From the NCBI GenBank assembly GCA_963787835.1, contig CAWBEI010000002.1:1792001-1856000 (forward strand): a stretch of 64,000 bases of DNA, in the 5' to 3' direction. Positions 51,053 to 60,467 of the stretch are shown here, piece after piece. The translations under genes were made by a program, and so were the position numbers. Every line of letters begins with the position of its first letter. Position 1 is the first letter of the stretch. This DNA is from Ignavibacteriota bacterium (lineage in GTDB: Bacteria; Bacteroidota; Ignavibacteria; Palsa-1295). The notes under the pieces were generated by a model. It made no database searches and had not been told where the DNA came from. It saw only the letters and a program-made list of their open reading frames with translations.

Positions 51053-51772
51053 CTACTTTAAGACATACCGAATTACGAAACTGTGATCGGAATTTCCCAT
51101 CATCTTAGTGATGGGTTCGCGGGCGCCGGGGGTACGTTGTTCGACCACTTCACCCAGCGATGGTGCGAAAGAGACAGTGCCATTGCCAAATGTGCTGGTG
51201 TCAGAAATAATTTTTCCAGCTAAGTTATATGACAGAATTGAACTCCCGCTCGAATTAATGTTTTGTTCCGAAAACTGCTTGCCCTCGATAGTGATTGAGC
51301 CTTGTCCGGCACCCGTATATTTTTCGGTGAATTGTAAGCTCTGACCTTGGAATGATGTATCAATACCAAAGGTGGTTGGTTGCTGGGAAGCAAATGGGAA
51401 GGTGATCCAGCCGTTCGATAAGCTAAGTCCACCCACATTAGAAGCGGCGTAAGAGCTTACATCGCCATCGGATTCATAATGGATGTACCCGGTATCGGTT
51501 ACAGATCCATCCGCACTGTCGATGAGTTCTATAACATTCGTTTTGCCAAATATTGAGAGCCCGGTCTGGAAAAATGTTTCAACAGAGGTATCCGTAGAGA
51601 CAATGGCACCCGTTGAATCGATCGATACATCTACCGTGACAAAATAGGAGCCTGGATTGGGGACTACGACCGTTTCAGATGACCCTGGCGATGTCGAAGA
51701 TGATTTACAGCCCGCAAATGCTATGATAGCTACCAGAAAAAGGGAAAAATAAGATATAACGCGCATATTCAT
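51053..51772 (-). CDS. Hypothetical lipoprotein
   Basis: Lipobox FAGC followed by a Ser-rich linker; beta-rich body. Confidence 0.75.
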   Translation of the reverse strand: MNMRVISYFSLFLVAIIAFAGCKSSSTSPGSSETVVVPNPGSYFVTVDVSIDSTGAIVSTDTSVETFFQTGLSIFGKTNVIELIDSADGSVTDTGYIHYESDGDVSSYAASNVGGLSLSNGWITFPFASQQPTTFGIDTSFQGQSLQFTEKYTGAGQGSITIEGKQFSEQNINSSGSSILSYNLAGKIISDTSTFGNGTVSFAPSLGEVVEQRTPGAREPITKMMGNSDHSFVIRYVLK

Positions 51773-51845
51773 ATTGAGAATGATTTAATGAGCCACAAAG
51801 ATACGATAATTTGGATGGGTGGGCCAATAAATGTGACTCCTCCCA

Positions 51846-51900
51846 GACCGGACTTCACTATTGCATCAATTCCGTTTCGCCTGATTTTGAGAAGGAGTAG
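51846..51900 (+). repeat. Diverged duplicate of the msrB 3' end
   Basis: 46/55 identity to 50991-51045 by manual alignment; reads TGLHYCINSVSPDFEKE*. Confidence 0.9.
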
Positions 51901-52434
51901 CTACGCCGCAAATTGCAATTGATAGAACGAGCCGCTCGTGACGGTCACGCTGTCGGAAGGGCTGTGAGCTTTGTGCCCAACGAATTGAAACTGGCCGCTG
52001 ATGAGAAATTTCGTTGTATCGTAAGAAGTAATAGTTACGAAGCCGGAATAAATTCGATTAAGTGTCGGAATCGTAAGGTAAGATCTTGAGGTATCCGGTG
52101 TTCCGGACGAGGAGTACATCGCGAAATTACCAGTCGTCTTGCCTAAAGAATCTGTGCCAACGGATCCAAACCTAAGGGTTGGGAGCATAATTGTGATCTC
52201 TGAAGAATCCGCCGCAATGCCGATTATGGTAACGATGCTATCAGCGCGGCGTATTGCATACGCGCTGGCATAAATTCCATTCATAGCGGATGACCACGAT
52301 GCTCCATCAACAGTTGCGAGCATCGTGTGTGGTGTCTGTGTCGAGCTGGGTGCGGTGCTCGTCGAGGAACTACAGCTGGCAAAGAATGCTGTGATGAAAA
52401 ACAGAGCAATGTTTCGAAGAGTGTTGTTTGACAT
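51901..52434 (-). CDS. Hypothetical lipoprotein (DUF6252-like)
   Basis: Lipobox FASC; MLATVDGASW...GFVTITSYD..ISGQFQF..VTVTSGSF. Confidence 0.72.
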   Translation of the reverse strand: MSNNTLRNIALFFITAFFASCSSSTSTAPSSTQTPHTMLATVDGASWSSAMNGIYASAYAIRRADSIVTIIGIAADSSEITIMLPTLRFGSVGTDSLGKTTGNFAMYSSSGTPDTSRSYLTIPTLNRIYSGFVTITSYDTTKFLISGQFQFVGHKAHSPSDSVTVTSGSFYQLQFAA

Positions 52435-52525
52435 GCTTTTCTGAGTAAGTTAAAAATGATGCTTCGTGGTTGGATGGGAATACAGATAGGCCTTCCATCA
52501 AGCAAATAATTCCAGATCCTCGAAT

Positions 52526-53071
52526 TTATTCATCGGCTGTTATCAGCGCCAACACATCATCGTTTGGCAGTGCAAGCTTGCCATGCAGGAACGATAGCTC
52601 GATCAGGAATGCGAATCCCTCGACGGTTCCGCCCAGTCTATTTATCAGCCGTTTCGCGGCAGAAGCTGTGCCGCCGGTCGCCAGCAGATCATCTACAATA
52701 ATAACGCGGTTGCCGGGTACGATGGCATCGGTATGGATCTCCATCGAATTTTTTCCATATTCCAGATTGTATTCTTCGTGGATGGTCTGGTAGGGAAGTT
52801 TTCCGAGTTTGCGTACCGGCACGAAGGGTAATTCCATTTCCAGGGCAAGCGGCATTCCGAAGACAAATCCACGAGATTCGATACCCACAATCGCGTCCGG
52901 CCGCTTGGGGATCGAGTATTCGATAAATCGGTCGATGATCTGGCGCATTGCTTCGGGACTGGAGAGCACGGGTGTGATGTCCTTGAACACGATTCCGTGG
53001 CGCGGGAAATCGGGAACATCGCGAATGAGCTGGGCGGCAAGAAGTCTGTCTTTTGTGGTTGATTCTTCCAT
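52526..53071 (-). CDS. apt: Adenine phosphoribosyltransferase
   Basis: Motifs PDFPRHGIVFKDITP, ESRGF, RKLGKLP, VDDLLATGGT. Confidence 0.97.
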   Translation of the reverse strand: MEESTTKDRLLAAQLIRDVPDFPRHGIVFKDITPVLSSPEAMRQIIDRFIEYSIPKRPDAIVGIESRGFVFGMPLALEMELPFVPVRKLGKLPYQTIHEEYNLEYGKNSMEIHTDAIVPGNRVIIVDDLLATGGTASAAKRLINRLGGTVEGFAFLIELSFLHGKLALPNDDVLALITADE

Positions 53072-53123
53072 TGTTTGTAATTTTGTAGTACGAAAATACG
53101 ACTTTATAATTCGACTTTAGAAT

Positions 53124-53846
53124 ATGGAACAGAAAAGACTGAAGCTTTTAGGCAGTGAAGAGATCGCTCACGACACGTATGCATTTCATCTCGAACGGCC
53201 GCATGGTTTTGAATATGAATCCGGGCAAACGATCGATCTCTATCTAATCGATCCACCGGAAATGGACGATGAAGGCCCGGTGCGTACTTTTTCTTTGGTC
53301 AGCGCTCCGCATGATCCGGAGCTGATGGTAGCTACACGCATGCGAGACACCGCATTCAAGCGTGCGTTGAAGAACGCCGAACCGGGCATGGAGTTCGCGT
53401 GGGATGGTCCCTATGGTTCGTTCATTCTGCATAAGAGTGCCACAAAGCCTGCCATCATGATGGCGGGTGGGATCGGTATTACACCCTTCATCAGCATGGT
53501 AAAAACGGCAATGCATCAGCGACTTCACCATCAGATCTATGTATTCCATTCCAATCACACGCCGGAAGATGCTCCGTTTCTTGATGAACTGACTGCCATC
53601 TCGCATTCCACGCCGAACGTCTTATACATTCCAACTATGACAGACATGAATACATCATTGCATCAATGGGATGGTGAGAAAGGCTTTGTCAATCGGGATT
53701 TATTAGAGCGTCATGTCGGCGATCTTTCCACGCCGATCTACTACATTGCTGGTCCAGCAGGTTTCGTCAATGGGATGCGTAAGATGCTCGTCGAGGCCAC
53801 GGTGGATGAGGACAATATTCGCTTCGAGGAATTTCCGGGATATTGA
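53124..53846 (+). CDS. Ferredoxin-NADP reductase-like FAD oxidoreductase
   Basis: Motifs RTFSLVS, GPYGSF, AGGIGITPF, YYIAGP, C-terminal EEFPGY. Confidence 0.9.
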   Translation: MEQKRLKLLGSEEIAHDTYAFHLERPHGFEYESGQTIDLYLIDPPEMDDEGPVRTFSLVSAPHDPELMVATRMRDTAFKRALKNAEPGMEFAWDGPYGSFILHKSATKPAIMMAGGIGITPFISMVKTAMHQRLHHQIYVFHSNHTPEDAPFLDELTAISHSTPNVLYIPTMTDMNTSLHQWDGEKGFVNRDLLERHVGDLSTPIYYIAGPAGFVNGMRKMLVEATVDEDNIRFEEFPGY

Positions 53847-53935
53847 GGTTTTCTGTTTACTCTGAATTATCTTGCTTGAATATCGTTATTAACACATATC
53901 CAATCTCCTCGGCTGTCCAACAGAAATAATCCTAT

Positions 53936-54630
53936 ATGTCCTTCAGCAACATTCAATCAAAAAACATCAGAGATCTCGTCATCGTCCGCGACAAAAGCGT
54001 TGATTCCCGGTACAAAAACGGCGAAAAGACCGCCATTACCGATTTTATCGAGGACTACATGAATGGCCGGGTGGACATCACCTGTGATTTTCAGGACCTG
54101 ATCCGCAACCGGACGCTTTTCTTCAAATATGCTTTCGTAAATCATCACCTGAAATTTCTTTTCTCGCGATTTATTCCAGAAGTGACCATTCACTCGGCGA
54201 AACAGGATGAGCGGGTCATTCGCAGTCATTACGATCGTGGTAACGATTTCTTCGGTGGATTTTTGGGCGAGCGTATGATCTATACCTCCGCCTTTTTTAA
54301 GACCGGATTGGAAGATCTCGAAACGGCACAGGACCAAAAACTCGATCTCGTGTGCCAGAAGCTTCAGCTTAAACCGGGCGAGAAACTGCTCGACATCGGC
54401 TGCGGATGGGGTACGCTTGCAGCGCACTCTGCAAAATATTACGGCACCGATTCGACCGGTATCACTATCGCGCAAAAAGGCGCGGACTACGCGAACGACC
54501 AGATCAAGCGATGGGGCGTCGCCGATCATGCGCGCGTGTTGCGCATGGATTATCGTTCCATCCCTGCCGCGAAGTACGATAAGATATCCTGCCTTGAAAT
54601 GGCCGAGCACGTCGGTGTGAAATACTTCCA
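53936..54630 (+). CDS. Cfa-family SAM methyltransferase (sphingolipid C9-methyltransferase-like), truncated at the junction
   Basis: Motifs HYDRGNDFF..FLGERMIYTS, LDIGCGWG, CLEMAEHVG. Homology stops at KYFQ, where GC content jumps. Confidence 0.85.
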
Positions 54631-54640
54631 GAGGCCGCGC
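54625..54640. other. Abrupt compositional junction (medium-GC to very high-GC DNA)
   Basis: Codon style and GC change within about 10 nt, mid-gene; no att site, integrase or IS end is visible. Confidence 0.9.
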
Positions 54641-54759
54641 GGCCAGTCGTCGATCGCGCGACGCGGCGAGTCGCGGTGGCGTCGACGCGGAGCCGCATCG
54701 CCGGCCGGCGAGCGCCAAGGCTCGCTTCATGGCCCGGAATCTACTAGCTTCGGCGCGGC

Positions 54760-56232
54760 ATGAGCGTGGGCAACAGCGAGGAGATCCTTCACGCCGACGG
54801 GCGCGTCGAGCTGCGCGATCCGGAGGCGCTGCGCGCGTCGTCGCTGTTCAACGAGGACCTCGCGCCGGTCGCGGTCGCGCGCCGCACGTGGTCGACGTGG
54901 GACTACGCCGCGCTGTGGATCTCGATGGCGCACTGCATCCCGACCTACAAGATGGCGTCGGGGCTGATCGCGAGCGGCATGGCGTGGTGGCAAGCGCTGC
55001 TCACCATCTTGCTCGGCAACTTGATCGTGCTCGCGCCGATCCTGCTCAACTCGCATCCCGGCACGAAGTACGGCATCCCGTTCCCGGTGTTCGCGCGAGC
55101 CGCGTACGGCACCGCCGGCTCGAACCTGCCGGCGCTGATGCGCGCGGTCGTCGCGTGCGGCTGGTTCGGCATCAACACGTGGATCGGCGGCCAGGCGCTG
55201 CACACGTTCTTCGTGTCGATCTATCCGCCGTGGCAGAACCTGATCGGCGACCTCGACGGCTTCCCGGGCACGCAGTGGATCGCGTTCCTGCTGTTCTGGG
55301 GGCTCAACATCCTGATCATCTTCCGCGGCATGGACGTGCTCCGCCGCGTCGAGCGCTTCGCGGCGCCGTTCGTGCTCGTGATGACCGCGGTGCTCGTGTA
55401 CTGGGCGATCGATCGCGCGGATGGGCTGGGGCCGATCATGTCGCAGACCGGGTTCACCGGCGAAGGGAGCTTCTGGGCGGTGTTCATCCCGTCGCTGACC
55501 GCGACGATCGGCTTCTGGTCGACGCTGTCGCTCAACATGCCGGACTTCACGCGCTTCGGCCGCTCGCAGAAGGAGCAAGCGGTCGGGCAGGTGATCGCGC
55601 TGCCGACGACGATGACCGGCTTCGCGGCGATGGGCATCGTGATCACGTCCGCGACCGTCATCATCTTTCACAAACCGATCGCGGATCCGATCGAGCTCGC
55701 GTCGCATTTTTCGGATCGCCTGATCGTCGGCATCGCGATGTTCACGGTCGTGATCGCGACGCTCGCGGTCAACATCGCGGCCAACGTCGTCTCGCCCGCG
55801 AACGACTTCGCGAACGCGTTTCCGCGCGTGATCGACTTCAAGCGCGGCGGCCTCATCACGGGCCTCGTCGGCATCGCGATGATGCCGTGGGAGCTGCTCA
55901 AGGACGAGCACAGCTACATCCTCGGCTGGCTGGTCGGCTACTCCGGCTCGCTCGGCGCGGTCGCGGGCGTGCTGATCGTCGACTACTGGCTCATCCGCAA
56001 GACCAAGCTCGACCTCGCGGCGCTGTACTCGCGCGACGGGGTCTATCGCTACGACGGCGGCTGGAACCTGGCCGCGGTCGTCGCGACGTTGCTCGGCGCC
56101 GGGGCGGCGCTCGCCGGCGCGTTCGTGCCGCCGCTGCACTTCTTGTATGACTGGTCGTGGTTCGTCGGCTTCTTCCTGGCCGGCGGTATGTACTGGGCGC
56201 TGATGCAGTCGCAGCGCCTACATTCTCGCTGA
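54760..56232 (+). CDS. NCS1 family nucleobase:cation symporter (uracil/allantoin/hydantoin permease)
   Basis: Motifs NEDLAP, GTKYGIPFPV..RAAYG, GWFGINTW, LNMPDFTRF, NIAANVVSPANDF; about 12 TM segments. Confidence 0.95.
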   Translation: MSVGNSEEILHADGRVELRDPEALRASSLFNEDLAPVAVARRTWSTWDYAALWISMAHCIPTYKMASGLIASGMAWWQALLTILLGNLIVLAPILLNSHPGTKYGIPFPVFARAAYGTAGSNLPALMRAVVACGWFGINTWIGGQALHTFFVSIYPPWQNLIGDLDGFPGTQWIAFLLFWGLNILIIFRGMDVLRRVERFAAPFVLVMTAVLVYWAIDRADGLGPIMSQTGFTGEGSFWAVFIPSLTATIGFWSTLSLNMPDFTRFGRSQKEQAVGQVIALPTTMTGFAAMGIVITSATVIIFHKPIADPIELASHFSDRLIVGIAMFTVVIATLAVNIAANVVSPANDFANAFPRVIDFKRGGLITGLVGIAMMPWELLKDEHSYILGWLVGYSGSLGAVAGVLIVDYWLIRKTKLDLAALYSRDGVYRYDGGWNLAAVVATLLGAGAALAGAFVPPLHFLYDWSWFVGFFLAGGMYWALMQSQRLHSR

Positions 56233-56338
56233 GGACGGGAGTCCCAAGCGGCTGGACCTGTGGGCTGCGTGCCACGATCCGATCGTCGGGAATCTGCACC
56301 CGCGACGAAGGATCAAGGTGATCGTGAGGCCAGAGCGA

Positions 56339-56352
56339 GGCACGATGAGTGC
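56339..56352 (+). promoter_or_regulatory. Sigma54-like -24/-12 promoter, kinase 1
   Basis: GGCACGATGAGTGC (GG-N10-GC), 15 nt before ATG 56368. Confidence 0.7.
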
Positions 56353-56367
56353 ACTACGCAAATGTCG

Positions 56368-57377
56368 ATGACCGAATCTCAACCCGGCGATCGCATGGCG
56401 CCGGGCGTTCGCGTCGGGGACTACATCATCCAGTCCGAGCTGCGTGTCGAGGACACGGGGGTGGTCTACGAGGCGACGCACGTGGTGCTGCCGCGCCGGG
56501 TCGCGCTCAAGATCATGCATCGCGATCCGTGGCTGCGCGAGATGGCGGTGCAGATCGTGCGCGAGGCGTGCGTGCTCGAGGGACTCGACCATCCCGGCAT
56601 CCCGCGCGTGTTCGAGTGCGGCTTGCTCTCGGATCGCAGCCCGTGGATCGCGATGGAGCGCATGGACGGGGTGACCGTCGCCGAGGCGGTCGGCGGCAAC
56701 AGCATGCTGAGCGTGCCCGAGGTCATCTACCTGTTGCGCGACGCCGCCGAGATCCTCGCGAGCGCGCACAAGGCCGGCGTCATCCATCGCATGGTCACCG
56801 CCACGAACCTCGTGCGCACCGCCGGGCGAAAGTTTCCCTATTCGCTGCGCAACTGGTCGGACGCGTACAACCTCGAGGTCGAGCTCGACGGCGTGGTGCC
56901 CGCGGGCCTGGTCGACGAGCGCGACGACGTTCACGCGCTCGGCGCGATCGCGTTTCGCGCGCTGACCGGCGAGCTCGCGGGCGCCGGCGAATCGTCCGCA
57001 GGCATGCGCCCGATGGCGCCGACCGAGCTGACCGAGCTGATCGATCAGATGATCGGACCGAGCGCGAGCAGCGACCGACCGCAGCCGACGTCTGGGAGCG
57101 CGCGACGCAGATCGCGCAGGCGATCGAGCTGATCCCGGCGCTCACGCAGATCGACAAGCCGCGGTGGACGCCCGCGTACGGCCTGTCGCCGGATCGCATG
57201 CCGTCGAAGACGCAGCCGCCGTCGATGTCGTCGACGATGACGGTGAGCGGCGCGACCGCGGCGCCAGCTGCGCCGGCCCCGGTCGTCGCGGCGGCTGTCG
57301 CGCCTGCGCCGGAGGCCGAGCCCGCGGTGCCGCGCACGTTGTCCGAGCTCGAAGTGCGCTTCAAGTCGCGCTCGTAG
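56368..57377 (+). CDS. Ser/Thr protein kinase-like protein 1 (pseudokinase); apparent frameshift ~57060
   Basis: RRVALK, REA..L..LDHPGIPRV. HRD replaced by HRM and DFG by NWS. The tail QRPTAADV..KPRWTP continues in another frame. Confidence 0.8.
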
Positions 57378-57486
57378 GGTCTGGCGACCAGGCAGGGTCG
57401 GCTGTCCCGATCCGCGGCCGGGTCTGCGTGCCTCGGCCTCGCGACTATGTCTGCGCCACTGCTCGCGCGATCCGCGTCGCGCGCGA

Positions 57487-57500
57487 GGCATGGCGAGTGC
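57487..57500 (+). promoter_or_regulatory. Sigma54-like -24/-12 promoter, kinase 2
   Basis: GGCATGGCGAGTGC (GG-N10-GC), 15 nt before ATG 57516. Confidence 0.65.
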
Positions 57501-57515
57501 ACTTGCCGGTGATCG

Positions 57516-58507
57516 ATGCGAATCGCGATCGGCAGCCGCCTCGGCAACTATCGCGTCGCGCGCGAGCTCGGCGCGACCGCGACCGGCATGTTGTACGCCG
57601 CCGAGCACGTCGTGTTGCCGCGTCGCGCGCTGATCGAATCGCGCACGCCGCGCTCCCCGGCAGCTCGGTGCCGATGTTGCGCGAGGCGTGCATCCTCGAG
57701 GCGCTGCGCCACGCCGGCCTGCCGGCGGTCTACGAGTCCGGCCTCCTCGCCGACGATCGGCCGTGGTTCGCGTTCGAGGACGTCTGCGGCGAGCGGCTGT
57801 CCGAGGCGCTCGCGCGCGGGCCGCTGCGTCCGATCGAGGTCGCGCGGCTGATCCGCGACGTCGCGCGCGTGCTCGAGCACGCGCATCGCCGCGGCGTCGT
57901 GCATGGCGCGCTGCGTCCCGAGCGCATCGTGCTGACCGGCGCCGGCCGCGGCTTCGCGGTGTGCATCACGGAGTGGGGCAGCGCGCGCACGTACGACGCC
58001 GCGCCGGCAATCCCGCACCTGCCGACGCCGGGCTCGCGCGCGTACCTCGCCCCCGAAGCGCAGCGCGGTGACGCGATCGACGATCGCGCCGATATCTACG
58101 CGCTGGGCCTGCTCGCGTGCCAGGCGCTGACCGGCTCGTTGCCGGCCGCGACGTTGCCGCTGACCGTGCGCGAGCGCTGTCCGCGCGCGCCGCGCGAGCT
58201 CGCGATCGTGATCGACCAGATGCTCGCGCACGATCGCTTCGATCGGCCGAGCAGCGCCGAGGTGCTCGGCGACATCGCGTGGGTCACCGAGGGCGCCGAG
58301 GCGCTGCAGGATCTGCCCGCCGTCGCCGAGGTCGAGCTCGTCGATATCGACGACGCGGTCGACGCCGATGCCGAGGCCGACGCGATCGCCGCCGCCGCCG
58401 AGCCGCCGCTGCGCATCCGCAAGCCGCGCTGGACCCCGAACGGCATGGCGACGTTCGCGATCAGCGAGCTCGAGCGCGAGCAGCAGCGCGCGCGCGGCCG
58501 CAGCTGA
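57516..58507 (+). CDS. Ser/Thr protein kinase-like protein 2 (pseudokinase); apparent frameshift ~57636
   Basis: GSRLGNYRVARELG..HVVLPRRAL, then LREACILEALRH, HGALRPERI, EWG, YLAPE, DIYALG, KPRWTP. Confidence 0.8.
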
Positions 58508-58591
58508 CGCTCGGGTGCGTCGACCCTCCTCGCGCGAGCCCGGGCCTGTGCACCCTAGCCTCAACTGCGCGACTCGCCTCGATCCGCGCGG

Positions 58592-58605
58592 GGCACGCAG
58601 CGTGC
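58592..58605 (+). promoter_or_regulatory. Sigma54-like -24/-12 promoter, kinase 3
   Basis: GGCACGCAGCGTGC (GG-N10-GC), 15 nt before ATG 58621. Confidence 0.7.
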
Positions 58606-58620
58606 ACTAGCGACCGTGCG

Positions 58621-59403
58621 ATGAGCCACCACGGACGGGGAGCGGTGATCGGCGACTACACGATCGAGGCCGAGGTCTCGCAGTCGCGGACGGCGTGGAC
58701 CTACGAAGCGACGCACGCGCGGCTCGGCCGGCGCGTCGCGCTGAAGATGATGCCGCCGCTGCAGGCGTTTCGCGGCGCGAAGCAGCAGTTCCTGCGCGAG
58801 GCCGACGTGCTCGATCGCCTGCGCCATCCCGGCATCGCGCGCGTGTACGACTGCGGCGCACTGCCCGACGGCCGCGCGTGGTTCGCGCTCGACCGCGCGA
58901 CCGGCCCGTCGCTCGCCGAGGTCATCGCGAGCGGCGCGCGCGTCGATCCGCTGCGCGTGATCCTCGAGCTCGCGTCGATCATCGAGCACGCGCATCGTCA
59001 GGGCCTCGCGCACCGCAACCTGCGCGCCGACGCGATCGTGTGCGGCACCGATCCGCGCGGCCCGGCGCTGCGCATCGACGACTGGTCGCAGTCGCGCGAG
59101 CTCCTGACCGCGCCGTCGGATGCGACCGCGGATGTCCACGCGCTCGGCGTCATCGCGTTCCAGTGCCTGTCGGGCGTGATGGCGTTCGGTGCCGCGCCGC
59201 CCGCGCTGAACGGCGTGTCGGCCGCGGACCGGTTTCCGCGCGCATCGCGCCTGCTCACCGCGATCATCGATCGCATGCTGGTGAACGACGTCCGCGCGCG
59301 GCCGTCGATCGGCGAGGTCCGCGAGGCCGCGCTCGCGCTGGTCGCGGCCCAGGTGCGCGCACCGGCCGCGGGCAGCGACACGCGCTCCGCGATCGGGCGA
59401 TGA
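58621..59403 (+). CDS. Ser/Thr protein kinase-like protein 3 (pseudokinase)
   Basis: IGDYTI..RRVALK..FLREA..LRHPGIARVYDCG; HRNLRADAI, DWS, DVHALG, RP. Confidence 0.82.
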   Translation: MSHHGRGAVIGDYTIEAEVSQSRTAWTYEATHARLGRRVALKMMPPLQAFRGAKQQFLREADVLDRLRHPGIARVYDCGALPDGRAWFALDRATGPSLAEVIASGARVDPLRVILELASIIEHAHRQGLAHRNLRADAIVCGTDPRGPALRIDDWSQSRELLTAPSDATADVHALGVIAFQCLSGVMAFGAAPPALNGVSAADRFPRASRLLTAIIDRMLVNDVRARPSIGEVREAALALVAAQVRAPAAGSDTRSAIGR

Positions 59404-59410
59404 TCGGCGG

Positions 59411-60067
59411 ATGCTCCGCATCACCATCGCGATCGTCGCGTGCGCCGCGTGCGCCGCGTGCGCCAAGGACAACCTGCCCGTGCAGATCGGCTCGGCCGCG
59501 GGCAGCGCGGTCGGCGCGGTCTCGGCCGCCGACCCCGGCCCGGCGTCGCTGACGACGCTGCCGCTGGTCGATCTCGTCGGCTATCTGACCGGCAATTACC
59601 ACACGAGCAGCAACAACCCCGCGATGTACCTCGATCGCGATCGCAAGCTGTTCGTCATGATGGGCAAGCACGGCAAGGCGGAGCTGCCGAGCGCGGATCC
59701 GCTGGCCGCGACCGCCGCGTTCGAGACGTTCCTGCTGGCGCACGGCTACGCGGTGAACCACAAGGCGGTGACGGACGACACGCACCCGAGGGTGATGGTC
59801 GGGAGCCAGGAGATGGTCGTGATGACGACCGACGAGCTGTTCCCCGAGATGCCGGCCGAGCTCAAGGCGCACTTCTCGCCGGCGCAGTACGAGAAGCTCT
59901 ACAAGACCGCGACGAACCAGGGCATGGACATCGTCGCGACCCGCGCGCCGGTGATCTGGGCGTACACGCACTCGCTGGTCGTGGTCGGCCCGGGCGCGAA
60001 GAGCCAGGAGTTCTCCGTCGACCGCGCCGATGCCGCGTTCGCCGCGTTCCGCGCGCTCGCGAAGTAG
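59411..60067 (+). CDS. Hypothetical lipoprotein
   Basis: Signal peptide with Cys-rich lipobox (ACAACAAC); GC3-biased codons. Confidence 0.7.
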   Translation: MLRITIAIVACAACAACAKDNLPVQIGSAAGSAVGAVSAADPGPASLTTLPLVDLVGYLTGNYHTSSNNPAMYLDRDRKLFVMMGKHGKAELPSADPLAATAAFETFLLAHGYAVNHKAVTDDTHPRVMVGSQEMVVMTTDELFPEMPAELKAHFSPAQYEKLYKTATNQGMDIVATRAPVIWAYTHSLVVVGPGAKSQEFSVDRADAAFAAFRALAK

Positions 60068-60068
60068 C

Positions 60069-60437
60069 TCAGCGGCCCATGCGGCGCTTGAGCTCGGCGA
60101 GCTCGTCGTCGATGCGCGTCGCCTTCACTTCGCGTTCGCGCGCGACCTCGGCGGCGGACTTCTCCGGCTTCGGCTTGACCGGCGCGGCGGGCGTGGCTGC
60201 TTTGACCGGCGCGGCCGCGGCGGGTGCGTCCTTCAGGTCGAACGTGTCGCCGCAGCGCGAGCAGCGAAATGCGCGCTCGGTGTCGCTGACGACATCGACC
60301 CAGAACACGCCGTAGCTCTCCGTGATCTCGACCTCGTCGAAGGTCGCGTGATGTCCGCATTCCGGACACTCGGCGGCGAACGACTGGCCGCCGCGCACGA
60401 TCTTCGTCTTCGCGTTCGACGTGAACAGGAGCCGCAT
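60069..60437 (-). CDS. Zinc-ribbon domain protein
   Basis: CPECG...CSRCG, Ala/Pro linker, C-terminal IDDELAELKRRMG helix. Confidence 0.75.
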   Translation of the reverse strand: MRLLFTSNAKTKIVRGGQSFAAECPECGHHATFDEVEITESYGVFWVDVVSDTERAFRCSRCGDTFDLKDAPAAAAPVKAATPAAPVKPKPEKSAAEVAREREVKATRIDDELAELKRRMGR

Positions 60438-60467
60438 CGCCGCGAGCCTAGCAGAGCGCGCGCGCGG

